Assembly (NCBI RefSeq): GCF_001194135.2
Contig: NC_068994.1
Coordinates: 47,173,354-47,213,150, forward strand
DNA: 39,797 nt
Source of the DNA: Octopus bimaculoides
Taxonomy: Eukaryota
Direction of reading: 5' to 3'
Part shown: one piece after another, positions 34,415-39,797 of the stretch
How the letters are laid out: the number at the start of each line of letters is the position of its first letter
Position numbering within the stretch: position 1 is the stretch's first letter
The notes under the pieces: generated by a model
The model's input: the letters and a program-made list of their open reading frames with translations, nothing else
Databases searched by the model: none
What the model was told of the DNA's origin: nothing
Made by a program: the position numbers and the translations under genes

Positions 34415-34880
34415 GTTAACGTCTGCTTTCCATGCTGGCAAAAGGTTTGACTGGAACTGGAAAGCCGGAGAACTGCACCAGGTTCCAGTTTGATTTTGGC
34501 TTCGTTTCTATGGCTGGATGCCTTTCCTGACACCAACCACTCCAAGAGTGTAGTTGGTGCCTTTTATGTATCACCAGCGTGGCTACTTTTACATCTCACC
34601 AGTATGAGTACTTTTACGTGTCACCACCATGAGTACGTTTACGTGTCATCTTCATGGGTGCTTTTACATCTCACCAGCATGAGTACTTTTATGAGTCATC
34701 AGCATGAGTACTTTTACGTGTTACTAGTATGAGTGCCTTTACGTGTCACAAGCATGGGTGCATTTATGTTTCACCAGCACTGATCCCAAGACTTGGCTTG
34801 ATGAGTCTTTTCAAGCACAGTAAATTGCTAAGGGTCACGATCACTTGTCGTTGCCTCCATGAGACCCAATACTCAAAGGT
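34415..34880 (-). mobile_element. Family B SINE containing an expanded 25-bp minisatellite
   Basis: GGATGCCTTTCCTGACACCAACCAC domain followed by the tandem array. Confidence 0.75.
34556..34780. repeat. Nine 25-bp tandem units, consensus GAGTACTTTTACGTGTCACCAGCAT
   Basis: Exact 25-bp register counted over nine units. Confidence 0.93.
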
Positions 34881-35294
34881 CATGCTTCCCCACCATGTCC
34901 CATGTCTTCCACATGTTCCCTCCACAGATTGAGATTGGCACTTCTTTAGGCAGCTGTTCTCATCCATATGCACCTCATAACCATATCAGTGTAGTTGCCT
35001 CTTTTGCACACATCTCTTATACTCTTATACTCAATTTTTCTCTCAAGACACTTACAGCCTGTTTCGCACATGCACGCACACACGCACACTACTGCTTGTT
35101 ATTATGGGTTGAGATATATATAAATGATTTAACAAGAGTGACAGTGAGTTTGAAGTTTCAGCCTGCTTGTCTTCATTGAACAGCCCAATGATATCATCAT
35201 CATCATCATCATCATCATTTAATGTCCATGTTCAATGCCAGCATGTGTGGGATGGTACCACAAGAGTTGACCAGGCCAAAGCCTGCACCAGAGT

Positions 35295-35472
35295 GGGGGG
35301 GGGCAGTCGATTAGATCGACCCCAGTATGCAACTGGTACTCAATTTATCGACCTCAAAAGGATGAAAGGCAAAGTCGGCCTCAGCAGAATTTGAACCCAG
35401 AACGTAAAGACAATTGAAATACTGCTAAGCATTTCGCCCGGCATACTAATGTTTCTGTCAGCTCACCGCCTT
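35295..35472 (-). mobile_element. SINE family A
   Basis: Reverse complement of the family A head and central domain; preceded by a (CAT)n-tailed family B-like fragment from 35195. Confidence 0.85.
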
Positions 35473-35499
35473 ATATCACATTTATATTATATACACACT

Positions 35500-35628
35500 G
35501 GTACATTTGACATACATACAAGCATACTCACACACCATACACATGCAAACACAAACATATAGATACTTATGCACACATACACATCTTTACGCATAAGCAT
35601 TTACACAGACAAACCTTACACACACACA

Positions 35629-35662
<34 letters not shown>

Positions 35663-35765
35663 GTGACACAAGCTTATGTACACACACATACACATACACT
35701 GAGACAAGCTTGCACACACACACACACACACACACACATCACACACACACATCACACACATATGC
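35500..35765. repeat. (CA)n-rich compound microsatellite
   Basis: Visible. Other (TA)n tracts lie at about 7-26, 10247-10275, 16630-16666, 24215-24263, 36417-36448 and 39758-39797; (GT)(GA) at about 23271-23313. Confidence 0.95.
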
Positions 35766-36231
35766 ACAGAAATATTATTGACCACCTGACACAGATACAT
35801 GCAGAAAGATATGTGAAAAATATGTCAGTGTTCTGTGTGCAATGACATGTTTCTGTAAATTATTTTCACATTATTTATAAAATACCAGCTTGTCACTATT
35901 GTTGATTTAATTTTTAGTGGTTTGGTAAAAGAAGGGAGAACAACTTCCATAAGAGGGAGAGAAGGAGGAAGTTGTCCTCAAATTGGATGGGGGCCTTGTA
36001 CAAATGCTTGCAATAGAGTGGAAAAAACCTGAGGTTCAAGTGAGGGTGTTAAACCATGTGATGGTTGAAGTCTAGTTCAATGTAATCAACAGTTACTACT
36101 CATATTTGCCAGCTGAGTGAACTGGAGCAATGTGAAATGAAGTGTCTTGCTAATAAACATTTATTAGTAAGTAGGACTATACCTTTTAATATAGTTCTGT
36201 ATTTAAGAGATGAGGAATTATGGGCATTATT

Positions 36232-36380
36232 CTGAGTTCGATTCCAGGCAGTGACCTGAATAATAATAATAATAACATCGAAAAATACCTTAGGAATGAG
36301 AACCCAGGTTTGAAATTTCCCCAAGACACCTGATGAAGACTGGAGGGTATATCAGCTGAAACGTGTTAGCAACAAACAAG
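36232..36380 (+). mobile_element. SINE-like fragment with a tRNA B-box and a hammerhead-like core
   Basis: GTTCGATTCC at 36236-36245; CTGATGA...GAAAC at 36330-36362; ends in (TA)n. Confidence 0.55.
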
Positions 36381-36412
36381 ATATATATTTATATACACAC
36401 ATATAAATATAT

Positions 36413-36451
<39 letters not shown>

Positions 36452-36715
36452 TACAGACACATACACACACAAAACATACATAAACACACAAATATGCAAT
36501 TCAGGCATACTTGCATATGGCAATGTTTTGCAGAGTTTTCCTTTACCAAATTCAATCTAGTAGTAATGTGTAGTAACATGCCCAATGTGCCATGTGAAAC
36601 CAAATTCAAAACCATGTCATTGCAAATTCTTAACCACAAGTCCCTGAAGGTGCTTGTATACCTTGTAATACCTTTATCTATCTCTCACTGTCTCTTTTCT
36701 CTCTTTTGTTGACAG

Positions 36716-37020
36716 GAATTGTTGCTGAAGTAACAGATGACAAAAGTCTAGCGAAGGCAGAACGTAAGAAACTGCAAATCGAACATGCAAAGACTAGCAG
36801 CCACCGTGCAAAGTTGGTGAAACTGGCAGACAAACTATACAACCTTCGTGATTTGAACCGAAGTACACCAGTTGGCTGGACTGAAGAAAGGGTCCAACAG
36901 TATTTTGTGTGGGCAAAGAAAGTTGTCAGAAATCTTGCTGGGACCAATGAACCAATGGAGAAGGCACTTGATATTATTTTCCAAGAAAGAAATATATCTG
37001 AATTGGAGTTACTGAATTGA
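36716..37020 (+). CDS. HDDC3: HDDC3 exon 4 (GIVAEVTDDKSL...KLADKLYNLRDL...ELELLN*)
   Basis: CAG acceptor, phase 1; EVTDDK and KLADKLYNLRDL motifs. The four exons total 555 nt = 184 aa + stop. Confidence 0.97.
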
Positions 37021-37112
37021 TGGACTGGTGACTGCGGGAAAGGTTCAAAGTGCTGGACATACTGACCACAGAGTCAGTTAATAGGAACAGACAATGCTAT
37101 TATCTTCTTAAT

Positions 37113-37118
37113 AATAAA
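37113..37118 (+). terminator. Candidate HDDC3 polyadenylation signal
   Basis: AATAAA 93 nt after the stop codon; common by chance in AT-rich DNA. Confidence 0.35.
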
Positions 37119-37700
37119 TGCAATATCCAGCAAGGACCATATTATGTCCTCTACAAATGCTACCATTTGTCTTACAACCTTTGGTGATGATCAGATAGTG
37201 GGTAAGGATGAATTCATGATGATAGATGAACACTGCAGAAACAGACACTTTGATTTTACAATGTTTTGTAAAATCTTTCATAGTTATCTGACATATATTA
37301 TCTTGCTAATGTTTGTTTATGAGAGGCAAAAAAAAACTATTTAAAACCCAAACATGTACTGATCCCTATATACTGGAGTATCATTCATAGGTTTAAGATT
37401 ATGTTACTATTCACTCCACAGATGCACACACACACATACATTTATTTTCAAAGACAAATTGACATCCATAAAAAAAATGACAGTCATCACATGATAAGAA
37501 AGCCTTCCTATATTAATATCTTTCAGCCATTTGCTCACATTTGATTTGTGTCTTTTAGAATTACTACAACAGTCTTTGTTCCATTGAACTTATTGACTTC
37601 TTACTACCTCTGTTTTATACCATCTGCTTTACCTGTTTTATTGCCTTTACTCTGCCTCAGTTCCAACAAGCCTTCTGAGATATTGCTCATCATATATTAA

Positions 37701-38147
37701 CCCTTTTGTTATCATATTTCTGTTGAGATGCTCTGTGTTTTTTTACAATTAATTTTAACCCTTTAGTGTTCACATTATTCTGCCATAATTAATGCTTTTT
37801 TATCCACATTGTTTTGAACTAATCATGCATTATCGTGTAGCTATGAGATTTTGATGAGGTAGCTGTTAATCTTTAAAATGTTATTGTAGGGTTGGCGTGA
37901 AAGACTAGATCTGGTCAGTTTGAACATAAAACAGGCAGAAGACTTTTGGCCGGATATGGCCGGTTTAAATGCTAAAGGGTTAAATACAACAAGAATTTAG
38001 TAAAATAACTTAGTTATCACTAAACTAGTGTTAGAAACATAAACTGTGACTAAGGTTTGGTGGGAGATCTTAATTCAGAACTTTTGAAAACAAGACATTT
38101 CTACTACAGAGCCAGAGGCAGTTTCAAGCAGGTTGGTATCAAAAGGA
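37701..38147. mobile_element. piggyBac-type MITE (outer element of a nested pair)
   Basis: TTAA-CCCTTTTGTTATCA...TGGTATCAAAAGGA-TTAA, imperfect TIR. Confidence 0.72.
37759..37979. mobile_element. piggyBac-type MITE nested in a TTAA of 37701-38147
   Basis: TTAA-CCCTTTAG...CTAAAGGG-TTAA. Confidence 0.82.
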
Positions 38148-38719
38148 TTAAAGTATTAATTGAATAAACCTTGTCTGTAATACAGAGTTCACTATATATT
38201 ACCTTAAGCAAATTCTAAAATCTTGATAGAGAGAGCATGTGAGTGAGAGAGAAAGAAACAAAATTGTTCAAATTTACTGTATTAGACCAAAGGAATTTTA
38301 GTAAACAGTTATATTTATATAATCTTGATATTTATATACATCTTACTAAAAGCTATAAAGGACTGTATGTGACCTGAGTGCTACTGGTCACCCATTCTCG
38401 CCCTCAACAAACAAATTATCATCACCCAGTTTTTTTTTAGTTTTTTTTACATAAAACAATATTTCTTTGAAATTGTTTGTGTTTTTATTGTTTTTATTAT
38501 ACAGCATGACCGCAGCCACTTGGCTGAAACCCATAAATAAATAAATATATTTATATGGACAATAGAAACTGGTGGACATCATGTCCATTGGTTTTATTCA
38601 ACATTTGTGTCATTATCTCAGGAATATTGATTATAAAAATAAAGAGTAAGTGAGAGAGAGAGAGAGAAGGGGGAGAAAATTTATATATGTATATATATGT
38701 GTGAGTGTGTATGATTAGA

Positions 38720-38992
38720 TACTCTTTTACTCATTTCAGTCATTTGACTGTGGCCATGCTGGAGCACTGCCTTTAGTTGAACAATTTGACTCCAGGACTT
38801 ATTCTTTGTAAGCCTAGTACTTATTCTATCGGCTCCTTTTGCAAAAGTGCTAAGTTACGGGGATGTAAACACACCAACATCGGTTGTCAAGTGATGGTGA
38901 GGGGGGACAAACACAGACACACAAACATCATCATCATCGTTTAACATCCACTTTCCATGCTGGCATGGGTTGGATGGTTTGACTGAGGACTG
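38720..38992. mobile_element. Family E SINE-like element followed by a family B (-) tail
   Basis: TACTTATTCTATC...AAGTTACGGGGATGTAAAC...TTGTCAAG is shared with a partial copy near 13735-13835; (CAT)n B tail from 38927. Confidence 0.7.
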
Positions 38993-39000
38993 ACTTCTTT

Positions 39001-39268
39001 CAGTTTCTGTTTACCAAATCCACTCACAAAGCTTTGGTTGGCCCGAGGCTATAGTAGAAGACACTTGCCCAAGGTATCATGTAGTGGGACTGAACTCGGA
39101 GCCATGTGGTTGGGAAGCATGCTTCTCACCACACAGCCACTCCTGCACCTAGGACCAGGCATGGCTGTGTGGTAAGAATTTTGCTTCCCAACCACATGCA
39201 TAGTTCTGGGTTCAGTCTCACTACATGGCACCTTGAGGAAGTGTCTTCTACTATAGCCCTGAGCTGAC
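39001..39268. mobile_element. Head-to-head pair of family D SINEs (39001-39146 minus, 39156-39268 plus)
   Basis: About 110 bp inverted similarity with a spacer of about 10 nt. Confidence 0.85.
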
Positions 39269-39746
39269 TTAATAGACTGCCAGAGAGGCAAATTAGAGCT
39301 AGTAGATAGCTTCTGTTATCTAGGTAACCAAGTTAGTAGTGGAGGTGGATGCTCCGAGGGCATAGCTGTATTTTTAATCCATTCATACTCAAGAATGGTC
39401 TGACTTGGTTCTTTGTGATCAGATAATAATAATAAAAAAAAACGATATCAAAAAACAATGGTGATAAGGTTATTTAAGCAATGGGGGAAATGGTAAATGA
39501 TAAGAAAAATAAATTGATCTTTAACATGAGAATGAAAATTGAAAAATGAAAATAAGAATTAAAAAGAGAAAAGGAAAAAATATCAGAAAAATTAATTGCA
39601 GCGTGGAAGATGTTTGTAAGCCATTTAAGAACACACAAAAATCCGTAAGATTCACTTCAACATTTAAAGTTAATTTGTGTCAAAATATTTTCGTCTCTTT
39701 GAAACTATGACCCTTTCATTGACAAAACCTCGTGCAGCACGAAAGC

Positions 39747-39797
<51 letters not shown>

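Noticed and set aside
35567-35845. His/Thr and Cys/Val ORFs
   Set aside because: (CA)n microsatellite translations.
36678-36947. 89-aa minus-strand ORF
   Set aside because: Antisense shadow of HDDC3 exon 4.
39678-39724. Minus-strand hammerhead-like layout (stem TGTCA/TGACA, GTC/GAC, GAA, palindromic AATATT)
   Set aside because: The core reads AUGAAAGG rather than CUGANGA, so it is not supportable as a ribozyme from this copy.

Overview
AT-rich, repeat-dense animal genomic DNA with five short assembly gaps. The tRNA-derived SINE families resemble those I recall from Octopus, so a cephalopod source is inferred, not proven. Two spliced genes lie on the + strand. The first is the 3' half of an SPPL2-type GxGD intramembrane aspartyl protease (exons 596-655, 16803-16902, 17824-17901, 18865-19022, 23839-23976). 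The second is a complete 4-exon HDDC3/MESH1 gene (184 aa, 29692-37020). The rest is SINEs, LINE remnants, a decayed mariner, several MITEs, a possible solo LTR and simple repeats. The most interesting signal is in the 16-kb SPPL2 intron, which holds up to four frame-preserving candidate cassette or micro-exons (75/54, 9, 6 and 27 nt). The three shortest show neural-microexon architecture and all map to the loop joining the two catalytic aspartates. Near-identical inverted SINEs also flank the three core exons (a possible 336-nt stop-free circRNA), and a hammerhead-like core sits in an HDDC3 intronic repeat. All were read by eye and need RNA-seq or homology checks.
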